Below, piece by piece: positions 29,736 through 38,503 of a DNA stretch of 64,000 bases. The notes under the pieces were generated by a model. It saw only the letters and a program-made list of their open reading frames with translations. It ran no database searches and was not told the DNA's origin. Position 1 is the stretch's first letter. The number at the start of each line of letters is the position of its first letter. The position numbers were made by a program, and so were the translations under genes. The DNA comes from Desulfosudaceae bacterium (GTDB lineage Bacteria; Desulfobacterota; Desulfobacteria; Desulfobacterales; Desulfosudaceae): positions 1,664,001-1,728,000 of the forward strand of contig CAXXDV010000003.1 of assembly GCA_963674745.2 (NCBI GenBank). The letters run 5' to 3'.

Positions 29736-30529
29736 TGCAGACCGCTGTCGTTGATATCGGATGGGTTCAACTCTGTTTCGGCCTCTTTTTCATATTGATT
29801 GCCGGCCTGGCGTCTTTTTTTCAGGCACTGGGCCTTGAACGCAAACTGCTGATCGGAACAGTCAGAACCTTTGCCCAGTTGTTCCTTATGGGATACATCT
29901 TAAAGTTCATTTTTGCTATTAATAACGCCTGGCTGGTGATATTGATTTTTGTATTCATGATATTCTTTGCGTCCCGGACGATATACAAAAGTGTGGATGA
30001 AAAACAGGTCTCCTTTTTCTTCCCCACTTTTTTATCCATGTTGATCAGCTTTTTTTTTGTGGCAATACTGGTAACGTCGGTCATTGTGGACGTGGCACCA
30101 TGGTGGAAACCCCAATACTTTATCCCCCTTGGCGGAATGGTAATCGGCAATTCCATGAACGCAATCGCTCTCGCTCTGGAACGGTTATTGAGTGGACTAC
30201 GGGCCAGGCGCCAGGAAGTTGAAATGATGCTCTGTCATGGCGCGGATTACAAAGAAGCCAGCCGCGAAATTCTAAGAGAGGCCATGAAAGCCGGCATGAT
30301 ACCGTCCATCAATTCCATGATGGCGGTAGGGATTGTTTTTATACCCGGCATGATGACGGGACAGATTATCGCCGGCGCGGACCCGATTACAGCCATTAAA
30401 TACCAGATTGTGGTCATGATAATGCTGGTCGGCTCGACAACCATCGCTACACTTTTAATCGTGCTCATCGTCCGCAGGCTCTGCTTCAGTTCCGGTCAGC
30501 AGCTGTTGCTTCGCCCGCAATACAAGTGA
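29735..30529 (+). CDS. fetB: Iron export ABC permease (FetB/YbbM)
   Basis: IPLGGMVIGNSMN, IPGMMTGQIIAGADPITAIKYQI. Confidence 0.9.
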   Translation: MQTAVVDIGWVQLCFGLFFILIAGLASFFQALGLERKLLIGTVRTFAQLFLMGYILKFIFAINNAWLVILIFVFMIFFASRTIYKSVDEKQVSFFFPTFLSMLISFFFVAILVTSVIVDVAPWWKPQYFIPLGGMVIGNSMNAIALALERLLSGLRARRQEVEMMLCHGADYKEASREILREAMKAGMIPSINSMMAVGIVFIPGMMTGQIIAGADPITAIKYQIVVMIMLVGSTTIATLLIVLIVRRLCFSSGQQLLLRPQYK

Positions 30530-30662
30530 AGATAACTTCATGGGGGGGGATGTTTTTTGGTGGCCCGCGCCGGAGTGAACTTCCCTTTTGAATATTTGTA
30601 ACGCATCGTCTAAAATAAAACATTCGTTTTTTCGAGGTCATTGATGATTAAGGAGCCGATCC

Positions 30663-32027
30663 ATGACAAGCCGAAGAGAATTCTTAAAAATGCTGGGGTC
30701 TGGTACCGCCGGTCTTTATTTAACATCCATTGCCGCCGTTTCTGTTCTTTCCGGTTGCGACAGTTCGGACGGCGCGACCCTGTCAAACCTGATGAACTGG
30801 GATGACATCCGGAAAAATGAGTTTAAGCTGAACAAGTCAAACATTTACATGAACAATTCCACGCTCGGCCCGACCTTGAGGCTTGTTTCCGGAAAAATGG
30901 CTGCCATCCAGGAAATGTTTTCAGCCGGTATGCCCGTATGGGATTTTGTTCAGGACATTGTTTTCGCTATTTCGCCCATCCGGGACCGGTTTACAAATCT
31001 GGTCAACGCCCATACGGATGCAGGGGGACGCAGCTCATACGTGGGAATTGTGGAATCGGTTACCGACGGCATGTCACTGGTAGCGAACGGTATTACCTTT
31101 TCACCGGGTGACGGCATCCTGATCACCGACCACGAACATACTGGCGGCAAAACCATGTGGGAACTTCAACGGGACCGTTACGGAGCCGAGCTTTATGAAG
31201 TACCGCTGATTGTAGATAGCGAGCCCGAAGAAGAATGGGAAGAAGCGCTGGTGGCGCGGTTTGAAGACTACCTGACGAGCCATGACATAAAGGTCGTCAG
31301 CTTCAGTTACATTACCACTTCAACCGGTCATATCCTGCCCGTCAAACGCCTCTGCCGGCTGGCCCGGGATTACGGGGCCATTTCCGTGGTTGACGCCGCC
31401 CAGGCGTTTGCGGTGGTACCGATTGACGTGACGGATGTCGGTTGTGACTTTCTGGTTGTCAACGGCCACAAATACCTCTGCGGCCCGCCCGGTTCAGGCT
31501 TTATCTGCATCCATCCGGGCATGCTGGAAACACCCGGCAGTTTCTGGCCGACCATCGTGGACGAAAATTACTATAATCCCGGGAACCCGGCCCGTTCCAA
31601 CCCCATTCGCAAAGGCGGCATGAAACCGTTTACCAATATCCTGCCCCTGGCCGAAACACTTGAGTTTTATCGCTGGCTCGGACCGCAAACCGTGTATGAA
31701 CGCCTTCTCAGTATCGGCCGATGGCTGCGAACGGGACTGTCCAGGTACCCTGAGGCAATAGAAGTCATTACACCGTCTGCCGAAGGGCTGAGCTGCAGTA
31801 TGACATGCTTTCGAATTAAGGGAATGGACTCTGAAAGGGTTGCCGACACCTTATTCACCGATTATAATATTATCACCAAACATGCCACTGAAGGGGATGC
31901 TGACGCTGTTCGGCTCTCTCCTCACTATTATATAAAGAAAGAAGAACTAAACCGGACCGCCCGGGCAATCTGCAGCATCGCCGGCGTGGATTCAAATGCC
32001 TGGTTTGAAGGGAATGAATTGGACTGA
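30663..32027 (+). CDS. Tat-exported class V aminotransferase-fold PLP enzyme, probable lipoprotein
   Basis: SRREFLK twin-arginine signal, LSGC lipobox, VDAAQ, NGHKYLCGP PLP-lysine, VRLSPHYY. Confidence 0.85.
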   Translation: MTSRREFLKMLGSGTAGLYLTSIAAVSVLSGCDSSDGATLSNLMNWDDIRKNEFKLNKSNIYMNNSTLGPTLRLVSGKMAAIQEMFSAGMPVWDFVQDIVFAISPIRDRFTNLVNAHTDAGGRSSYVGIVESVTDGMSLVANGITFSPGDGILITDHEHTGGKTMWELQRDRYGAELYEVPLIVDSEPEEEWEEALVARFEDYLTSHDIKVVSFSYITTSTGHILPVKRLCRLARDYGAISVVDAAQAFAVVPIDVTDVGCDFLVVNGHKYLCGPPGSGFICIHPGMLETPGSFWPTIVDENYYNPGNPARSNPIRKGGMKPFTNILPLAETLEFYRWLGPQTVYERLLSIGRWLRTGLSRYPEAIEVITPSAEGLSCSMTCFRIKGMDSERVADTLFTDYNIITKHATEGDADAVRLSPHYYIKKEELNRTARAICSIAGVDSNAWFEGNELD

Positions 32028-32065
32028 TTTATTGCGCTCAACCGATATAATGTAAAGGAGGTTGA

Positions 32066-32620
32066 ATGAAAGTTAAAGGCACGACTATTCTTGACCTGGT
32101 CCGCATACTGAGAGCCACCAAAGAAAAAGACTTCAACAAATATCTGGAACCCGCAGACTGGGACATCATCAACGATACGGTCATGGCCAGCCAGTGGTAT
32201 AGGGGTGATAGTTACTGGCGAATCGCCTACGCAGTGGCTTGTGTGGTTGGGGAAAAAAAACTGGACAATTTATACAGCTTCGGACGATTGGCGGCAAAGT
32301 CCCGCATCCAGATGTTTAAACGAATCGTTGTTCCGCATGATCCGGTTGCCAGCCTTGAAAAATATATCAGCTTTTGGGAAAATTACTATGATTTTGAAGG
32401 CGCTGAATACAGAAAAGCCGAAATTGACAGCGGACAGGGACGCATTATTGTCAAGACTTATGATTATCCGGATATGACCATCCCTGAAATGAGAGCCATT
32501 TATGCTTATGGGTTGGCCGGCGCTTTTCACGAAGTCATTGAGCAGTCTTTGAAAAAAAAAATTTTAGCCGATATAAACGATAACAACAACCATTTTGAAA
32601 TGATTTACAAGTGGAAGTAA
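32066..32620 (+). CDS. Hypothetical protein (H-NOX/V4R-like, DUF2378-type)
   Basis: aggagg RBS; MKVKG start, ASQWY, FGRLAA, FWENYYD patterns. Confidence 0.5.
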   Translation: MKVKGTTILDLVRILRATKEKDFNKYLEPADWDIINDTVMASQWYRGDSYWRIAYAVACVVGEKKLDNLYSFGRLAAKSRIQMFKRIVVPHDPVASLEKYISFWENYYDFEGAEYRKAEIDSGQGRIIVKTYDYPDMTIPEMRAIYAYGLAGAFHEVIEQSLKKKILADINDNNNHFEMIYKWK

Positions 32621-32751
32621 TTTCGGCGGTTAAAAAGCGCCTGATCATCCAATCGCCATATCGATAACACATACCAAATACGTCGTGAGGTCTTATTATC
32701 AGTCGTTTTGAAACTAATAACGATGTCGTAAAAGACAATCAGGCCGGCCTC

Positions 32752-33594
32752 ATGTGGACAAAAAGCGCTTCTGTTTCGGAATTTCCTCTGACCTGGGACG
32801 AGTCCCTTTCTTTTGTGCGGGCGCAGAATGATTCGCGACTGTATGGCTACAACGATTGGAAGCTGCCCAATCGAAGAGAACTGTACAGCCTCATCAGCCT
32901 TGACGCAATCAACCCCAGTCTGCCGGCAAACCATCCTTTTACCGACATATTCAACGGTTACTACTGGACATCGACAAGCTGTGCCAGACTGCCTGACCAG
33001 GCCTGGTATATCCATCTGGGCGGCGCCAGGGTGTTCAAAGGAATGAAATACAATTCATATATGATCTGGCCGGTGCGTACGGCTGATACTGGGAATTCAA
33101 GCATTGTATCGACAGGACAAAAACAATGCTATGATGTAAAAGGAAACGTTATCAACTGCCTGAATACCGGGCAGGATGGAGAATATCAATCCGGTGAACA
33201 ACCACCAAACACCCGTTTCAGAAACACCGGTGATGTTGTAACGGACCTGGCCACCGGCCTGACCTGGTTCCAAAACGCGGATACCCGTTCCGGTATGTTG
33301 GACTGGCAAACCGCTTTTGATGCGGTGACGCGCCTGAACAGTGAATCTGCCTGCGGTTTTCATGACTGGCGACTGCCGCATATTTTCGAACTTGAAGGCC
33401 TGATTGATCTGGGCCGGCATTCACCTGCCCTGCCTGTGGATCATCCCTTCTCAAATGTTCAGAAATTTTACTGGTCTTCAACGACCAGTTGGTATGACCC
33501 TGATTACGCCTGGTCTCTTTATTTAAGGGACGGCATCATCGGCGTAGGCTATAAACGACTATCTGAATTTTATCTCTGGCCGGTCAGGGGATAA
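32752..33594 (+). CDS. Tandem DUF1566 (Lcl) domain protein; true start probably upstream
   Basis: Two DW(K/R)LP..EL...YW(T/S)ST...W...WPVR repeats; TGQKQCYD...GQDGE linker. Confidence 0.88.
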   Translation: MWTKSASVSEFPLTWDESLSFVRAQNDSRLYGYNDWKLPNRRELYSLISLDAINPSLPANHPFTDIFNGYYWTSTSCARLPDQAWYIHLGGARVFKGMKYNSYMIWPVRTADTGNSSIVSTGQKQCYDVKGNVINCLNTGQDGEYQSGEQPPNTRFRNTGDVVTDLATGLTWFQNADTRSGMLDWQTAFDAVTRLNSESACGFHDWRLPHIFELEGLIDLGRHSPALPVDHPFSNVQKFYWSSTTSWYDPDYAWSLYLRDGIIGVGYKRLSEFYLWPVRG

Positions 33595-33615
33595 TCTATT
33601 GCAGGAGGTAACGCC

Positions 33616-34965
33616 ATGGACGTTCTGATAATGGCCTTGTTCTGGGGATCTGTCAGCGCTGTTTCTCTCCCGCTGGGCGCGGTAATCGGGCTTTGGTCAA
33701 ACCCGCCCAGAAAAGTCACCTCTTCCTTGATGGCCTTTGGTGGCGGGGCGCTGTTATTCGCCCTGACCATCGAACTGTTTGCCCACGCCCTTCACCGGTC
33801 CCATGAAGTTAACGATACACTGATCATTCTGATGACAATGGTCGGGGCGGTCGCAGGCGGTCTGATTTTTGAATTTCTCAACCAGTTGCTTAACAACCGG
33901 GGGGCTTTTCTGCGCAAAACGTCATTGATAACCAAGCAGGTATTGAAAAAAAAGCGACGCCGTGCGGAAGAAATGATACAGGCCTTAAGCCGGGTCAAAA
34001 TCCTGCAAATGCTTCCGGCCGAAAAAGTCGCCCGGCTGATTCCATGTGTAAAAACCCTCCGTTTTAAACCGGACGAAACGGTTCTCAAACAGGGCACTTC
34101 AGCTTCCGATCTCTATTTTATTGTTAAAGGACAGGTTCAGGTCCTCCGGGAATCGGTTGCGGGTGACACTTTGATCGCGGAGCTCGGCGAAGGCGAAACA
34201 TTTGGAGAAATCGCGCTGATTTCCGACCAACCCAGGACGGCGACGATTAACGCAAAAACCGATCTGGTGGTGTTTGCCCTGGACAAAAAGGAATTTGAGC
34301 AGCTGATCAAACAATCACCTGATCTCAGAAACGCCAGTTGTCGTATGGTGACGGAACGGCTTCATGATATTCAGGAAAAAGACAAAAGCCTGGCAGGGAA
34401 AGCTGAAGAGTGGAAGGAAACCGCCCGGCGTAATTTTGATCAACTGGCCATCCCGGTCACGGAACGGGATCTTAACGAGGAGATTCAGGCGCATGCCGGC
34501 AGCGGCGCCGCGCTGGCTATCTGGCTGGGCATCGCCCTGGACGGCATCCCCGAGTCACTGGTAATCGGCATGCTGGCCGTGGCTGCCTATACGTCAGGAA
34601 CCGCCATGAGCCTGGCTTTTATCGCCGGCGTCTTTCTGGCCAACCTGCCCGAAGCCATGTCCAGCGCGGTGACGATGAAGCGACAGGGTTCCGGATTCGG
34701 GAAAATTTTCTGGATGTGGATGTCACTTTGTGTAATGACGGGTGTGGGGGCTGCTGTCGGGGCCCTGATCTTTCCGGCCCATCCGGTCGGCACGCTGAAA
34801 TATTTCATATGCGGTATCGAAGGACTGGCAGCAGGCGCCATGTTGACGATGATCGCAGAGACCATGCTGCCCGAGGCCTTTGAACAGGGAGGCGGCACGA
34901 TTGTCGGACTGTCCACGCTGGCCGGTTTTCTCACCGCAGTGGGGATCAAGGTTGCCAGTCTTTAA
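33616..34965 (+). CDS. ZIP-family transporter-like protein with inserted cNMP-binding domain
   Basis: MAFGGGALL (TM2), FGEIALISDQPRTAT cNMP cassette, LDGIPES, ANLPEA, MLPEAFE. Confidence 0.8.
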   Translation: MDVLIMALFWGSVSAVSLPLGAVIGLWSNPPRKVTSSLMAFGGGALLFALTIELFAHALHRSHEVNDTLIILMTMVGAVAGGLIFEFLNQLLNNRGAFLRKTSLITKQVLKKKRRRAEEMIQALSRVKILQMLPAEKVARLIPCVKTLRFKPDETVLKQGTSASDLYFIVKGQVQVLRESVAGDTLIAELGEGETFGEIALISDQPRTATINAKTDLVVFALDKKEFEQLIKQSPDLRNASCRMVTERLHDIQEKDKSLAGKAEEWKETARRNFDQLAIPVTERDLNEEIQAHAGSGAALAIWLGIALDGIPESLVIGMLAVAAYTSGTAMSLAFIAGVFLANLPEAMSSAVTMKRQGSGFGKIFWMWMSLCVMTGVGAAVGALIFPAHPVGTLKYFICGIEGLAAGAMLTMIAETMLPEAFEQGGGTIVGLSTLAGFLTAVGIKVASL

Positions 34966-35000
34966 AGGTGTAACGTATTAACGATGAAACGATTTAAAAC

Positions 35001-35783
35001 CTAAAAGGCTACACCGGTTTCAAAAAATAAGCCGCTGACGCTACTGTCTACATCAAGGTCGTCTTCATCCAGTCGAATATCGTCGTAACGATAACCGGCT
35101 GCGATAAACACCGTTTCATTTATCCGGAATTTAATTTTACTCAGCAGGCTGACCAGGTAATCACCTCCCAGGGTAACGCCTCTCCCCTCAATTTCCAGAG
35201 AAAATCTTTTAGCAGGCGTTATTTGAATCGCGCCATAAAGCATCGGAATAGGCAGGGTATAGTCCTCCGACTCCCGAATACGTTTTTCCCCATTATCCGT
35301 GTTAACCGAACCGGTAACCGCTACGTCAAGTTCGGCTGTCCTCAAATTCAGCCCCAAATCCACTTTGATCTTTTTCATATAAGCAAATTCATCAAAAATA
35401 AGGCTGTAATACAGTCCGATATCGAAATGGTTTAATTCTATCTTCGATTTCAAAGGACGATCTTCCAGGAAAGTATAACGACCGAAAGTAAAAGACCGAT
35501 CCATCGTGTTGTACCCTTTAAACTCCATAGGCGTAAAACCCAGGTAAAGGCTGGGCAATATCGGTAATTCCAATTTCAAATATCCAACTCCCCGGACATC
35601 ATCTTCAAAATCCAGGTCATCGGCAACATCCGCTTTATCAGAACCGTTGGTAAAAAGGTTATAAGAAAGATTCCCATCGATATTCTGACTCCAGGCGCCA
35701 ACGGCCAGTTCCAGCATGGCACGTGACGGCACCGGCAGAGACAGAACAACCGCCGTTATTACTATCACATAAAATTTTTTCAT
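35001..35783 (-). CDS. Outer-membrane beta-barrel protein (TIGR04219-like)
   Basis: Signal peptide, LELPILPSLYL, DIGLYY, PIPMLY, AGYRY, C-terminal Phe. Confidence 0.75.
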   Translation of the reverse strand: MKKFYVIVITAVVLSLPVPSRAMLELAVGAWSQNIDGNLSYNLFTNGSDKADVADDLDFEDDVRGVGYLKLELPILPSLYLGFTPMEFKGYNTMDRSFTFGRYTFLEDRPLKSKIELNHFDIGLYYSLIFDEFAYMKKIKVDLGLNLRTAELDVAVTGSVNTDNGEKRIRESEDYTLPIPMLYGAIQITPAKRFSLEIEGRGVTLGGDYLVSLLSKIKFRINETVFIAAGYRYDDIRLDEDDLDVDSSVSGLFFETGVAF

Positions 35784-35875
35784 AATTCCCCCCTATGGTC
35801 TAATGCCTGTCTATCCATATCCGGGTTAAAAAAACATTTTCACACCTTGATTAAGCTGCACTAATAAAGCATCAC

Positions 35876-35891
35876 AGCAAATATGATGCCA
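35876..35891 (-). promoter_or_regulatory. Sigma-54 (-24/-12) promoter
   Basis: Minus strand TGGCAtcatatTTGCT, near-consensus, about 90 bp upstream of the beta-barrel gene. Confidence 0.75.
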
Positions 35892-36186
35892 TATCTCCTG
35901 CTTGACCTGAAATCCGGCAAAAAGGTTATGACGACATTTTTTTTCTTTTATTCAAGCAACTTAGGGGTAGGTAAAAAAAGGGGGGGGGCGAAAAGAATAA
36001 AAACATTAACCTCAAGGACGTTGAAAACTTTTACACAATAGAAAAAAGATTACCAACCTGTGCGCATGAATGCGTTACCAACAGGTTACGCCGAACGCTT
36101 TTCCAGCGCAATCGATCAGGGCATCGATTCGTTTTTATAACCGAAGCAGGCTACAGCCTGCGGGTATAGCCAGTATTTGGGACAAA

Positions 36187-37494
36187 TTAACTGCTGCCAA
36201 GCAGGCGTTTTGACAGTTGCCGGGAAAGGGACATTACGGTCAGTGACGGCGGCAGACCCCATGGTTCCGGGATGACACTCGCGTCGGACACATAAAGGTT
36301 TTTTACTCTTGTTTCAAGATGGTTATCCACAACATGACCGATCCGGCAGGTACCACCAGGATGTGCGGCGGCGACACCACTGTACCAGACGTCTTTTGCC
36401 CCGGCATTTTCAAGAACGTCTCTCGCAATCGCCCTGCCCCTGTTCAATTTGAAATGATCCTCAATGGTAAGCGGCTTGGCATTTATTTTCTCATCTATGC
36501 TGATATGACCGCCCATGGTATCCCTGACTTTAATGAGAAGCCCCAGCTTCCCCTTACTTCGCAGCAACTTATGCGGTTTAAATCCCATCAGCGCATAATT
36601 TACAAAAATTTCAAACGGAAGCGGCATATCTGTTACCATAACGCCTTCATCTTCCAGGTGCACGCCCGTTATCATGGGGAATTCTTTTGAAGTGCTCAAG
36701 CGTTTGTCCAGGTATCCGAAAGCGCACACAAAGGGATCGAAAAAAAACGATCCGCCGGCTTCATGAATACCGGACTTCTGAAGAATAACCGGAGAACCGA
36801 TCCCCCCTGCGGAAACCACAACCGCATCAGCGCTGATTTCGTATTGAACACCCTTTTTGTCAATCGCTTTTATGCCGGTGGCCTTACCATCTTCAACAAT
36901 AGCGCCTTCACAGGACATATTGGTCATCAGCTTAAGGCCAATTGATTCGGCTTCCTTAATCCAGTCCCGGGCATGCCATTTTGCATAGTGTGGACAGCCG
37001 AAATAGCATTTATTGCAATTGGTACGGCAGTTCTCTGCTCTTAAAAACTTGGGAATTTTTTTCCAATCATACCCGAGCTCCTGAGCCGACTTTGTCAAAA
37101 TTTTTGCTGCCGGTCCCAGCAGTTTGTCAGGGACATCAGTGACCGGCACCTCCTGTTTTATTTCATCGACTTCATTTGAAATATCAATTCCGTATTTTGC
37201 GAACATTTCCCGGGGCGGATCCCAGGCACATGCCAGAAACATCATCGATGTGCCGCCGGTCGTCAAGCACCTTACAATCTGAAGAAAATCCCGTGTAATA
37301 ATCATACCATTTCCCAGAAAATTCAGTCCGCCCTGAAACTTGAGGGCGCCGATAACATTTCCCGATGGCTTATTGTCTCCTCCTTTTTCAATTACAATGA
37401 CTTCTTTTCCGTTTTTAACCAGATCTTTTGCCACTGTAGCGCCGCCCGGCCCTGACCCCACAACGACAACATCAGCTTTGAGTTTCTTTCCCAT
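36187..37494 (-). CDS. GMC-family oxidoreductase
   Basis: VVGSGPGG, VSAGGIGSP, HPGGTCRIG, NLYVSDASVIP; internal CRTNCNKCYFGC. Confidence 0.88.
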   Translation of the reverse strand: MGKKLKADVVVVGSGPGGATVAKDLVKNGKEVIVIEKGGDNKPSGNVIGALKFQGGLNFLGNGMIITRDFLQIVRCLTTGGTSMMFLACAWDPPREMFAKYGIDISNEVDEIKQEVPVTDVPDKLLGPAAKILTKSAQELGYDWKKIPKFLRAENCRTNCNKCYFGCPHYAKWHARDWIKEAESIGLKLMTNMSCEGAIVEDGKATGIKAIDKKGVQYEISADAVVVSAGGIGSPVILQKSGIHEAGGSFFFDPFVCAFGYLDKRLSTSKEFPMITGVHLEDEGVMVTDMPLPFEIFVNYALMGFKPHKLLRSKGKLGLLIKVRDTMGGHISIDEKINAKPLTIEDHFKLNRGRAIARDVLENAGAKDVWYSGVAAAHPGGTCRIGHVVDNHLETRVKNLYVSDASVIPEPWGLPPSLTVMSLSRQLSKRLLGSS

Positions 37495-37561
37495 AGGATC
37501 CCCCGTTTATTTTGTTTTGGACTTGTATATGTTGTGTGATCAAAAAAGAAGTATCCAGCGG

Positions 37562-37582
37562 TTAGTAACCAATGGTTACTAA
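37562..37582. promoter_or_regulatory. Palindromic operator, copy 1
   Basis: TTAGTAACCAaTGGTTACTAA perfect 10-bp arms; minus-strand TTGACA at 37603-37608. Confidence 0.85.
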
Positions 37583-37702
37583 GTAATATGTTTTTCGCGG
37601 TGTGTCAATCAAAATCTCAAATATTTTTGACTATTATGCGGCTGATCGAGCCCGTTCCTGTATCAGCCATATAAATAACTGTAGCCGATTTGCTAGATGA
37701 AA

Positions 37703-37758
37703 GGTTTTAGCGTTTTAGGGTTTTAAAGTTTTAAGGCTTAGGTGGTTAAGTGGTAATG
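37703..37758. repeat. Degenerate 8-bp tandem repeat
   Basis: ggttttag cgttttag ggttttaa agttttaa ggcttagg tggttaag tggtaatg. Confidence 0.6.
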
Positions 37759-37850
37759 TTATTAACGGACTAATTGACATTTTTTGCTAAAAATGTTTTT
37801 TTACTGATGACCTCGCAATATAAAATTTTTGACATGAAGGAATATGCGAC

Positions 37851-38492
37851 TTGCCTGAAAAGAAAAAAAAAGACCCCCTCCAAAGAAAAAAAAGAATCAC
37901 TGAAGCCGCCAAATCGCTTTTTATCACAAAAGGTTACAAACAGACCACAATCGACCAGATAGCGAGAAATGCCGGTTACAGCAAGCGCACCGTCTATCTT
38001 GACTATCAGAACAAGGATGATCTTTTTATCAGTGTCGCGGCCGACGGCCTTGAAATTTTATATAACAAACTGAAAAAAATTCCTTCCGGCAAATTGTCCA
38101 TCAGTGAGTATATTGAAAAATATTCCGAAACCATCGCCAGATTCGCCTTTGAACACAATGAGTATTTTAAAATGTTCAGTGCCGAAGCGACCCCGGAGAT
38201 GATGGAAAACTGTTCTATTTCCACAAGAAGCCGGGCGGCAAAAATCGAAATCGACGGCTTCAGCCTGCTTGCCGCTGAAATTGATCGTGCGATTGCGGAA
38301 GGAATCGTTCAAATGACTGACCCCTGGGAGATGGCCGGTATTTTTATCGGGTCGGTGGTGGGTATCATATTACTCTCCATGGGCGGCAGTCAGATCATTT
38401 TTACGAAAAAAGCGCTGATTGCCAAAGTCAAAAAAGCCAGCCAGTTGAAATGCATCGGCCTGCTGTCTTTTACGGAAAAGGAAAAAACCTGA
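37851..38492 (+). CDS. TetR/AcrR family regulator
   Basis: KGYKQTTIDQIARNAGYSKRTVYLDYQNKDDLF HTH; TTG start after aagga. Confidence 0.9.
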   Translation: MPEKKKKDPLQRKKRITEAAKSLFITKGYKQTTIDQIARNAGYSKRTVYLDYQNKDDLFISVAADGLEILYNKLKKIPSGKLSISEYIEKYSETIARFAFEHNEYFKMFSAEATPEMMENCSISTRSRAAKIEIDGFSLLAAEIDRAIAEGIVQMTDPWEMAGIFIGSVVGIILLSMGGSQIIFTKKALIAKVKKASQLKCIGLLSFTEKEKT

Positions 38493-38503
38493 GAACCCGT
38501 ATG

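Noticed and set aside
36050..36170. Hairpins aacctgt/acaggtt and gcaggctacagcctgc downstream of the GMC gene
   Set aside because: Short, no U-tract; could be a decayed REP but too weak to call
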